From: Savitreella phatthalungensis
Lineage: Eukaryota
Direction: 5' to 3'
DNA length: 64,000 nucleotides
Assembly: GCA_051599415.1 (NCBI GenBank)
Contig: AP039695.1
Span: 372,001 to 436,000, forward strand
Below are positions 1 to 9,342 of this stretch, one piece after another (the first letter of the stretch is position 1; each line of letters begins with the position of its first letter). The position numbers and the translations under genes are program-made. Under the pieces are notes generated by a model. That model worked only from the letters and a program-made list of their open reading frames with translations. It had not been told where the DNA came from and did no database searches.

Positions 1-13
1 CTGACTGCCGCAG

Positions 14-558
14 GTTACGATGGCGAAAAAAGCCTTCTCGAGGAGCTTGGCGTCAACTTCAACCACATAAAGGTCAAGACATTGACTGTGCTCAATCCGA
101 TGGGCCGCATCGATAACCACATCATGGACGACACCGACTTGTTCGGACCCTTACTCTTCTGCGTGCTATTTGGTTTCGTCCTCCTCATTTCTGGCAAAGT
201 CCACTTCGGGTACGTCTATGGTTGTGCTCTACTTGGCTGCATTACTCTGCACACGATCCTCTCGTTGATGAGCACCACATCCACAAACTTCAGCCGGACA
301 GCGAGCGTCTTGGGCTACTGCCTGTTGCCAATTGTCGCTGCATCTTGCATTGGTGCTGTGATTAGCATGGACGGTATGCTCGGCTACACAACCACTGGCT
401 TGGCCGTCTTCTGGAGCACGTTCTCGGCATCAGCTATTTTTGTGGCCGTGCTTCAGATGACTGATATGCGGTTACTCATCGCGTATCCTATCGCACTTTT
501 CTACTCTATCTTCGCACTCCTGACACTTTTCGCTGAAAGAGTGGACACACGCAGTTGA
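14..558 (+). CDS. YIP1: Yip1-domain ER/Golgi membrane protein, last exon (5' part outside window)
   Basis: Intron end CTGAC..CAG at 1-13, then GYDGEKSLLEELGVNFNHIKVKTLTVLNP...DTDLFGPLLF...HFGYVYG...SVLGYCLLP, which are Yip1 motifs, and several TM segments. Confidence 0.9.
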
Positions 559-588
559 AAATCGAAAAGTTTCCGATCTCGACACCAA

Positions 589-2340
589 TCATGATGAGCA
601 CGAGCACTGAAGACCACTTGAACCCTTCGGTGGCGGCATGAAGAAGCGGCGAAGGTCTGGTGAAACATCATCCGCTTCCACCTCAAACGGCCGACAGGCC
701 AAATCGAGTACGGCTGGAATGATGTTGCAATCCTTGTCCTTCTCTACCCTTCTGATGATATCATCCAGAATCCAGCCTCTGAGCACAAAGCTTTGATTAT
801 GCGACCGAAGCAGTGCTGATCTTTTCTTGTCGATGCTTAAACCCTGTCGCACATTTGCCGCAATGTAGCGTTGTAGCCAAGCCTCGAGGTCTAGTCTGAG
901 CTGTTCTGAAACATCACTGGAAGGCTTCAATTTCCGGGTTAAGGAGGCCACGTCAAGCGATTCATCGGACAGAGCCCGAAAAAATATATGGAAATCCAGC
1001 TCGTGCAACTCCATGATGTCGAGGAGATCGCTAAGCACAGCGAAATCTGCGTCCGTGTCGAGCTGCATGCCAAGCTTTTTGCTCATGCGCAGTTTGTATT
1101 CTGCCGAAAACGTGTTCTTGAATTCCACGGCTCGTTCCATGATGAGCTTTTCTGCATGCGTCAAAATCTCATCGAGAGCGTCAGGAGGCTCTTGCCGCGA
1201 CAAGAAGGCTTCTTCCGCGAAGAGCTTATCGACACCATCGGCAGCGCCCATCAACTCGCCGAGGGCTTCGCCCAACCGCAAGCAATTCCACCAGAGAATC
1301 GTTGGCTGCATCTTATATGAATAGCGAAGATTACCATCGTCGTGATTCGGTGTGTACGAAGAGTCGAACGTGTCCATAAAAGCGAATGGGCCGTAATCCA
1401 TGCTAAGACCGAAGATACTCGTATTGTCGGTGTTCAGGACCCCATTCATGAAACCAAAGGCCTGCATATACGATGCCAGTTTTGCGGTTCGATGGACAAT
1501 CTCTCGATAGAGACGTAGATACCGATTGCCCTGATGCCTATCTTGGGCGGAGGCTATCAGATTGTGCTCTCCTCCAAAAACATGCTCGATAGAATAGTCG
1601 GCAAGAGCCTTGGTTAGACGACGATCTCCACGCCTCCGCGCGAGATCGAATGTCCCGAAGCGCAGCCAAGTCTGCGCTGCGCGAAGAACCATAGCACATG
1701 GCTCGATTCGCTCACGTAGTGCCGAGCGGTCCGGTAAAGAGACCAACGCAAGTGCGCGCGTTGTCGGCACTCCCAAAGCATGCAGATGTTCGGAGACCAG
1801 GAACTCGCGAATCGAAGAACGCAATACAGCATTGCCGTCGGCGAATCGCGAGTATGGCGTCATGCCTGCGCCTTTTAATTGCCACTCGTAACGCTGCTTG
1901 CCGGACGCCTGAGCTTCGAAAAGTGATATAGCTCGACCATCACCAAGCTGGCCAGCCCACTGTCCAAATTGATATCCACCGTAACACTGCGCCCATGGAT
2001 GGTGCTCCGAATAGATCGTGCTTTCCTGTCCAGTCACCACTTTCACTAGTTCGGGATCGTCACGGCTTGCTGTCGACAAACCAAGGTCGAGCAGGCAAGC
2101 ATCACTCCAGCATAGGATTTCAGTTTTGGCCTCGGCCACGGGCTTGACAAATGAAAAGGCCGCGCCTTTTACCATACGGGGGGTACGCGATAGCTTAGTC
2201 GCGGCAGACGACGAGTCGGGCCGCGAGAGGGCTCTATGAAGGTTAGCAGGCGCACAGACTCACGTATTATTGTCATACGGATCAGGTGGCAGATGAGTCG
2301 TGAAAACATGGGTCTTCTTGATCTGGGCGAGTGTTGTCAT
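589..2340 (-). CDS. FMP40: Protein adenylyltransferase SelO (Cys form), two exons (2340-2264, 2233-589)
   Basis: YGGYQFGQWAGQLGDGRA, QLKGAGMTPYSRFADG, GVLNTDN, DYGPF and C-terminal CSCSS. A 30-nt intron at 2234-2263 joins exon MTTLAQIKKTHVFTTHLPPDP in frame. Confidence 0.93.
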
Positions 2341-2448
2341 CGTACGAGTTGCTTGTCGCCTGCTCTGACTCCCTATCATTCGCTTTCTGGATTCTCAATC
2401 AACCATATCCTTCACACTCGTCCGCGTAAGCTGCAAATTTGGATGACC

Positions 2449-2456
2449 TGACGTCA
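2449..2456. promoter_or_regulatory. Perfect CRE palindrome TGACGTCA (candidate ATF/CREB-type bZIP site) upstream of SelO
   Basis: Exact 8-mer about 110 bp upstream of the inferred ATG at 2340. Confidence 0.35.
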
Positions 2457-2672
2457 CAAGTCGCCGATATTGGGACGCCTCGGTCGTTGACAATTCAAAC
2501 AGGCTCAATGCATTGATTAAAAAAACGATCATAGGTCTCCTAAGTCATAGGGAGGTCGAGGACGCCAAAAAACAGATTGGGAAGGCGCCCCAGACCACAG
2601 ACCAGTGCCTATCGAATGCATCTCACAGTCGATCCCAGCACCTTGCCCGATGCCACAAGTGTTCCGGCAGGC

Positions 2673-4136
2673 TCAATTGGTAGGTAAGAAGAATTGCGAA
2701 CTGAGCCCGACGACCTCATTGCGGAGGCTTGCGATTGCGGGGAAATTCTCGCCATTGCCGAGCGTCGCCTTGAAGTCCTTGAGCTTCTTACCATTTGCAG
2801 CCTCGTTGACCTCTAGCGTGATCTTTACTGCTCTATCGATCATGTCGACGACCTGAGCAAACTCGGCCGGCCCGAAGCCGCGAGTAGTCATCGCAGGACT
2901 GCCGAGACGAAGGCCATGCGGTATCAGAGCGCTCTTGTCGCCTGGAACGGTGTTCTTGTTCGATGCGATATTGACGAGTTCTAGAACACGTTCTACACGA
3001 GCCCCGTCGACTCCCTTGTCAGTCAAGTCAACGAGAATCAAGTGATTCTGGGTGCCACCCGTGACGAGCTTATAGCCGCGCTGCTTGAAGGCCTCCGCCA
3101 TAGCGCTCGAGTTGATCATGACATTTTCTTGGTAGTTTCGGAATTCTGTGCTTGCTGCCTGCTTGAGGGCAACCGCCAGGGCGGTGATGGTATGATTGTG
3201 CGGGCCGCCTTGATGTCCTGGGAAGACCGAGAAATTGATGCGCTCCTCCAAATCAAAGAATACCTGCTGTCCTTTGTTGTTCGTGGATCGTAACCCCCTA
3301 CGGAAGAAGATCATTGCGCCACGAGGACCGCGGAGTGATTTGTGTGTTGTCGTGGTCACGATGTCAGCGAAGTCGAACGGGCTAGGAATCACACCCGCGG
3401 CGACGAGACCTGAGATATGAGCCATGTCGGCCATGAGGTAGGCGCCACATGCGTCAGCAATGGATCTCATGCGCTTGTAGTCAATCAGTGCTGCATAAGC
3501 AGAAGTACCAGCGATGATAATCTTCGGGCGAAAGGACTTCGACAAGAGCTCGAGTTTGTCGTAATCGATGAGACCAGTCGCGGGATCGACTTCGTATGGC
3601 AAATTTGAGAAGTATGTCGAGACTGCAGAAATGTTCTTCGTCGCTGTACTGAATCCGTGCGACAGATGGCCGCCCGATGGGAGATCAAGGCCCATGAGGC
3701 GGTCATGCGGCTTCATGAGGGCTTGGTACACATAGAGATTCGCCGGGGAGCCCGATAACGGCTGAACATTGACGCCCCATTGATCTGCATTGAGCTTGAA
3801 AGCTTCGAGCGCGCGGCGTTGGCAAGCAAGCTCTGCCTGATCGATGAACTCGTTTCCGCCGTAGTAGCGTGCTCCCGGATAACCCTCTGAATACTTGTTC
3901 TGCATTGGTGAACCCAGAGCTTGCATCACGCTTCGCGAGGTAAAATTTTCGGAAGGGATGAGGACGATCGATTCAAGCTGTCGCTTCTTCTCGTTCTCGA
4001 TTATCGTCGCGATCTCTGGGTCCACGTCGGCCAACTCGCCGCTCAAGACCTGCTGCGCCTTGGCAGAGACCGCATATGCGCGCGTATGGCGGCTTAGCGC
4101 AAGTCGAGCACTGTTGCGAAGAATTGACAGAGACAT
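2673..4136 (-). CDS. SHM1: Serine hydroxymethyltransferase, mitochondrial
   Basis: [35 protein letters not shown] (PLP lysine) and GGPHNH. ATG at 4136 gives an Arg/Ser-rich presequence [22 protein letters not shown]. Confidence 0.96.
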   Translation of the reverse strand: MSLSILRNSARLALSRHTRAYAVSAKAQQVLSGELADVDPEIATIIENEKKRQLESIVLIPSENFTSRSVMQALGSPMQNKYSEGYPGARYYGGNEFIDQAELACQRRALEAFKLNADQWGVNVQPLSGSPANLYVYQALMKPHDRLMGLDLPSGGHLSHGFSTATKNISAVSTYFSNLPYEVDPATGLIDYDKLELLSKSFRPKIIIAGTSAYAALIDYKRMRSIADACGAYLMADMAHISGLVAAGVIPSPFDFADIVTTTTHKSLRGPRGAMIFFRRGLRSTNNKGQQVFFDLEERINFSVFPGHQGGPHNHTITALAVALKQAASTEFRNYQENVMINSSAMAEAFKQRGYKLVTGGTQNHLILVDLTDKGVDGARVERVLELVNIASNKNTVPGDKSALIPHGLRLGSPAMTTRGFGPAEFAQVVDMIDRAVKITLEVNEAANGKKLKDFKATLGNGENFPAIASLRNEVVGLSSQFFLPTN

Positions 4137-4679
4137 CGTCAAGGTAGTCGACCTTGTCAGCACTCTTCGCGATCGTCTCGCTCTTTATGACCATGCCTCC
4201 TGTAACAATTTCTGGTTTCAGGGCAAGCCATCTGATTGGTCATCCGCAATTCCTCTGTGTTAATTTCAGCACCTGAATAATGCACCTGGATGATGCAGGT
4301 GCAAACGGCAATGGTTTTAGCCACCCTCACAACACTTCCAGTGGGTTCCCTCTTCGAGATACTGTAGCACACATACAATGTCGATCTGCGGACGATATCG
4401 GGAGTCTGTAGCCATTCGCAAATCCGCACGCATCTCTGACACAATATCATCAGCAGACCAGCATCATGATGTCTATCTTAAAGTTGTGGCCATGCAGCTT
4501 GCTCAGCAGCAAGGCCAACTTGACAGACTTCATTCGACATTCGTTCTGACGCTGGATCGCAGCCTTCAGTCGCGCTGACTGCGACACGACTCTTGACAAG
4601 GACCGGGATACCGACGGCTCGTTCTTCGTCGGCAGCCTGATAGACGCCTACGCCGCCGGAAGCCATATCAACAGCACGC

Positions 4680-5119
4680 TGTCGCAAAGGACGATCGCAG
4701 GACCCGAGAGCGACGGACGATGCGACACAGACACAAGCCAGACAACACAGAAGAGCTCAGATGGAGTCCACCAAAGGAAACAAACAGGCACAAACGAGTA
4801 CAGACAGGCATACAAGAAATATGAGAGGTCGGACTTGGCGGTGGTGTTGACCTACCCTATAACTGATACATGACACATTTCTGCTGACGTGGGTGGTCTC
4901 GCAGATGTGGCAGGATGGTTTAAGTACGAACACACAGCACGCCATGTAGAGGCAGCGTGCGAGATATCACCGACACCAGGATACTAGCACAGTGCAATAC
5001 TATTTGACAGTTCCACACGGGGCTACGATCTTATCATACGTAGACCCAGTGATTGAGGAAGTGACAGCGTCGTGTACGGAGTGTACACGGTCGATCTGGA
5101 CGACCAAGCGGTCGCGACA
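4680..5119 (+). mobile_element. Solo LTR copy A (440 bp, long subfamily)
   Basis: Begins TGTCGC and ends CGCGACA; colinear with copies at 6140 and 7650. No clear TSD (cacgc/cagac). Confidence 0.85.
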
Positions 5120-5296
5120 CAGACATGTATAACCTGAGGAGCAGTGTCCGGAGTGTGCCGCACATTTCCAGTGACATCGTCACTTCGCCTGCTCAGATGA
5201 AGAAGTTACGGCCTCCATCACTATCGCGCGTTCTCTTATCGCCTCCCTTGCTATTGCGCATACGTCATACAATATTCTTTGTCATCAGCGACACCG

Positions 5297-5717
5297 TGTC
5301 GTGACGCACAGGTGACTCAAGTCAATTGTGTGCGGTTTACACACGACGCCATCACTCCTGCAATCACTCATTTTATGTATGACAAGGTAGTAGTCCCATA
5401 TGGAGCTGTCAAATAGTATTGTTCTGTGCTAGGTCCAGGTGTTGGTGATTTTTGGCATGCCATCTCTGTACGGCATGCTGCGTTCTTTTCTACCCCTACC
5501 AAACTGCCACGTGAGCAGAGTTGTGGTATGTATCAGTTATATCATGGTCAGCGTCACGGCCTAGGCCATTTCTTGTAGTCCTTCTGTGTCTCTTTGTACT
5601 TGTTTGTATCACTCTGTATTCCTCAGTGGACTCCGTCTGTGTCCTCCTGTGTTGTCTGGTCTGTGTCTGTGTGGCTTTGTCCGTCGCTCTTGGGTCCTGC
5701 AATTATCCTCTGCAATA
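5297..5717 (-). mobile_element. Solo LTR copy B (421 bp, short subfamily, decayed)
   Basis: Reverse complement of copy D over its full length; termini tgtcgtg...tgcaata are transition-decayed versions of TGTCGCG...CGCGACA. Confidence 0.85.
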
Positions 5718-5721
5718 TTGC

Positions 5722-6591
5722 TGTCACGGCCGCCCAAGTTGTCTGTGCTGATTGTATACACTTGTACATGATGTCGTCACTTCCGCAACCACTAGGTCTA
5801 TGTATGACAAGATATGGTCTTGTGTGGAGCTGTCAAATAGTGTCGTTCTGTGCTAGGTCCTGGTATTGGTGATATCCTGTACGCCGTCCATATGCGGCGT
5901 ACTGTGTCTTCTTGTGCATGATCCGACTTGCCACATCAGCAAGGTCGAGGCATGTATCAAGTATAACATCCATGTGGACTGGGACCACTGACTTGATCCG
6001 ACCTCTTGTGGTCCTCCTGTGTCTATCCGTGCGTATTTGTAGACATTTGGGTCTGTCCGTGTTGTTCGGCGAGCCCTGTGAAAGTCCCCCTCTCCTGTGT
6101 TGTCTGAATCTTGTCTCTATCGCTTTATGCGTCGTTCTCTGTCGCGGAGGACGGCCGCAAGACCCGAGAGCGACGGACGAAGCGACACAGACACAAGCCA
6201 GACGACACAGGAGAACACAGACGGAGTCCACCAAAGAATACAAGCAGATACAAACAAGTACAAACAGACACAGAGGGACTACAAGAGACAGTCTAGGCCA
6301 TGACACCAACCATGCTATAAATGATACATACCACAACTCTGCTGACATGGCAGGTTTGTAGGGGTACAAGAGATTATAATACGCTGTCCGGAGACAGCGT
6401 GCCAGATATCACCAACACCAGGACCTAGCACAGAACAATACTGTTTGGCAGCTCCATATGGGGCTACTATCTTGTCATATGTAGACCAAGTGATTGCGGA
6501 AGTGATGGCGTTGTGTACAAACCGTATACAATTGACCCGGGCCACAGAGTGGTCGCGACACTCTCGCTTCCTGCAAATGTCCTCCGCGACA
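5722..6591 (-). mobile_element. Solo LTR copy C (about 444 bp, long subfamily) interrupted by copy D
   Basis: Starts tgtcacgg at 5722, breaks at 6139 and resumes after 6560 with ctctcgcttcctgcaaatgtcctccgcgaca, the reverse complement of the LTR start. Confidence 0.85.
6140..6560 (+). mobile_element. Solo LTR copy D (421 bp) nested in copy C
   Basis: Perfect 7-bp terminal inverted repeat TGTCGCG/CGCGACA, flanked by ttctc/ctctc (5-bp TSD, 1 mismatch). TATAAA near 6316. Confidence 0.92.
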
Positions 6592-7165
6592 TCCCTACAA
6601 CAAGTTGGGAGATATTAGTCCTTGTTGAGAGCGGGTCCCACGGCTGGTTAGTTCTGTCGATGCCAGGCCAGGTCAAGAAGTCGGGTTTTTCCCTCAGAGC
6701 AATGGCCTCGCTAGAATCAGGATCCACTCACAATATATCCTTCGGACAGGTATATTTGAAGTGTGTCCCTTTTTGTACTTCTTTTGCCAGCATTGTCGGT
6801 GCAAAGACAAGTTTCTGTGCAAGCTGGCACAAGTTCCAAATTGAGCGCTCAACCCTGTATCTATTGAGAGAATCGGAGCAGTTCTACGAGAAAAATTGAG
6901 CACAACTATCATTGCCAAGCACCGTTGCGGACCCAAAAGCAACAAACAGAACGCCTTCATCGGGGCCATTCGAGCACACCGAGGCATGCGTCCGCATCCC
7001 TCACAGTAAATGATCTTTCTGGCATACGAAATCTCACAGGTTGGCAGAAGCTACAAGAGTGTCCCGGTCAGATGCATCTTTTTACAACAGAAAGACCTTG
7101 GTGATCAGAGCCATTCGCAGCTTCCTCAATATATGTGCATAGACTCTACAACTCCATTCCGTGTT

Positions 7166-7613
7166 TGTCATGATTGGTCGAGTTGTCCGGGCTGCTTGTG
7201 TACGATCGTGCACGATGCCGTCACTTCCGCAATCACTGAGTGCTGTGTATGACCAGATGTTAGCCGGTACGGAGCTCTGAAATGGGATGTTCCGTGCTAG
7301 ATTCTGGTACTGATGATATCTTGCATGCCAAATGTATACAGCATGCTGCGTCCTCTTATGTTTAGGTCCTGTCATGTAGCCTGTTGCATCAGCAGTGTCA
7401 AGGCATGTGTCATTTATAGCATTCATATGAATTGGGGCCGCTGATTTTTCCCAATATCTTGTAGTCCTCCTGTTTCTATTTGTATGCGTTTATGTACATT
7501 TGTGTCTGTTTCTGCCATTCGTTGAGCTCTATGCAATTCCTCCTGTGTCATCTGGTCTGTGTCCATATTGCTTTGTTTGTTGACCTCGGGCCCTGCACCA
7601 ATGTTTTGCGACA
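7166..7613 (-). mobile_element. Solo LTR copy E (448 bp, long subfamily, strongly decayed)
   Basis: tgtcatga...gcgaca termini; internal blocks gtcacttccgcaatcact, gtgctag and cttgtagtcctcctgt are shared with B and C. Confidence 0.8.
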
Positions 7614-7649
7614 TGCGTCAACATTCTGTGCTTTTGAGCTCTAGCGGGC

Positions 7650-8067
7650 TGTCGCGGAGGACGGCCGCAGGACCCGAGAGCGACGGACAAAGCGACACGG
7701 ACACGAGACAGACAACACAGGAGGACACAGACGGAGTCCACCAAAGAACACGGAGAGACACAAACAAGCACAAACAGACACAGAGGGACTACGAGAGACG
7801 GCTTAGACGGTGGCACCGACCATGCTATATCTGATACATACCACAACCCTGCTGACGTGGCAGGTGGGTAGGGGTACAAGAGGACGCAACACGCCATACG
7901 GAGACGGCGTGCCAGATATCACCAATACCAGGACCTAGCACAGAACAATACTATTCGACAGCTCCATACGGGGCTACTATCTTGTCATACGTAGACCAAG
8001 TGATTGCGGAAGTGACAGCGTTGTGTATGAACCGTATACAATTGACCTGGGCCATTGACCGGCCGTG
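7650..8067 (+). mobile_element. 5' LTR copy F of a truncated retrotransposon (terminal ACA missing)
   Basis: Colinear with D and retains the most CpGs. Similarity stops 3 nt short of the 421-bp length, and a gag relic follows on the same strand. Confidence 0.88.
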
Positions 8068-8207
8068 GGGGTATATCTGGCACCACCTCTTCTCCAATCA
8101 TTCTGGTACGGACGGTTTCAAGTCAGGACCGTTCAAGTGCAACTACGGAGATCCCGTCACGTACGGGTGAGAGCAGAGCACCAAGCGGTACGCAAGACAG
8201 AACAACC

Positions 8208-8540
8208 ATGTCAGGAGCTAGCAGGGGACTGGCCTACCCGGAGTTCTCTGGAAATCCGCAGCAGCTCAAGGGTTTCCTGGCGCGACTTAAGATCCGATTG
8301 AACATTGACCAGGTCACAGATGAGTTCGAGAAGGTGAGCACAGCTTGTGGTTGCCTACAAGGAAAGGTTTATGACTGGGGGAACTCGGTGGCGGAGGCTA
8401 CTACGGAGGGCAGGTGGCCTCTGGAGCTGGGAATCTCAAGCTTTGTGTTATCAACGTATGCCATTATGACCCGCACAGCCACACTGTCTCTACCAGCCAC
8501 TACCGATCACGATCAATTGATCATTTCTGAGGTCACATAA
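8208..8540 (+). pseudogene. Truncated Ty3/gypsy-type gag (capsid N-terminal region)
   Basis: MSGASRGLAYPEFSGNPQQLKGFLARLKIRL...EKVSTACGCLQGKVYDW fits the P-x-F-x-G...FL...K-V...L-x-G-x-x-x-x-W gag pattern. It lies about 140 bp downstream of LTR F and resemblance is lost after about 8430. Confidence 0.75.
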
Positions 8541-8606
8541 GAAAGTGATTTCCCACTCGTAGCATAATCTTATCTTCTCTCCCCTCCGTGTGCCCGGCTT
8601 AACAAT

Positions 8607-8815
8607 ATGTATCGATTGTAGCATCCATGTGAACTGGGGCCACTGATTTGGTCTGACCTCATGTAGTCCTTCCGTCTCTCTTTGTACTTTTCGTGATTAT
8701 TTGTGTCTGTTCATGTCATTTGGTGAGCTCCGTCTGAGTCCTCCTACGTCGTCTGCGTTTTTGTCCGTATCGCTTCGTCTGTCGCTCACGGATCTCGCGA
8801 CCGTTCTCTGCGACA
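8607..8815 (-). mobile_element. Partial LTR copy G (5' half, long subfamily)
   Basis: catccatgtgaactggggccactgatttggtctgacctc matches copy C; ends ctctgcgaca. Confidence 0.75.
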
Positions 8816-8914
8816 GTCACATCCGGTCCAAGTTCCAGGCCTCTTGTATATAACTGTACACAGGGCTGTCACTTCCATAAACACTGGGTACTTTGTATAA
8901 CAAGGTCATAGCCT
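8816..8914 (-). mobile_element. Partial LTR copy H (3' about 100 bp)
   Basis: gtcac...ccaagtt...ttgtata...gtcacttcc...cactgggt...tgtataacaag aligns to 5723-5821 of copy C. Confidence 0.65.
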
Positions 8915-9342
8915 TAGACTAGAGCTCTTGCGCCGCCGATCTGCTGTTTTGCTCGTTTCCATGAACCCAGGGCTCGCGACAGCGAGTGAACGTCCCGTTC
9001 CGACGCCGCTGTAGCAAGGCAAACGCCTTTGACCGCAATGGCCGTCTTTGGACAATTTGTCGCGTTACTTGCATGAGTCAACTCTACGTATCGTAATTCG
9101 TTTAAGTGGCGTAAAAGCGCCCGAGGGTGTTCCGAGACGTCACACAATCTTGCGACAGACATTGATCGGCCTCATCGTTCGAGCTCAGATGGCTAGTGCG
9201 ATTGTCTCGCCGACTGCGTGAGTCTACAATACATTCTGCATCAATAGATCGCGCAGATCACGACGTTTCAGAGTCACTCAGGTCAAAGATAAGGTCTCGC
9301 CCTTGAGGATCGTGATTGTGGTCGGTGATGACATAGAGAAGC

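Noticed and set aside
589..612. Selenocysteine in SelO
   Set aside because: The C-terminus reads TGC TCG TGC TCA TCA TGA (CSCSS-stop). The Sec position is a Cys codon and TGA is the normal stop.
5711..5728. 2-LTR-circle junction (two LTRs head-to-tail with a 4-nt spacer)
   Set aside because: The geometry fits, but B and C belong to different subfamilies with different central segments, whereas circle-derived LTRs should start identical.
5521..7897. Family of small Cys/Val-rich hydrophobic ORFs (5521-5751, 5833-6369, 7529-7897, also 4757-4945)
   Set aside because: They are the antisense of the AC/AG-rich LTR segment. The TG-rich, A-poor strand rarely forms stops, and starts and ends differ between copies.
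4680..8914. CRISPR-like or satellite array
   Set aside because: Units are over 400 bp, in mixed orientation, with TG...CA ends, a TSD and an adjacent gag. These are LTRs, not short repeats with spacers.
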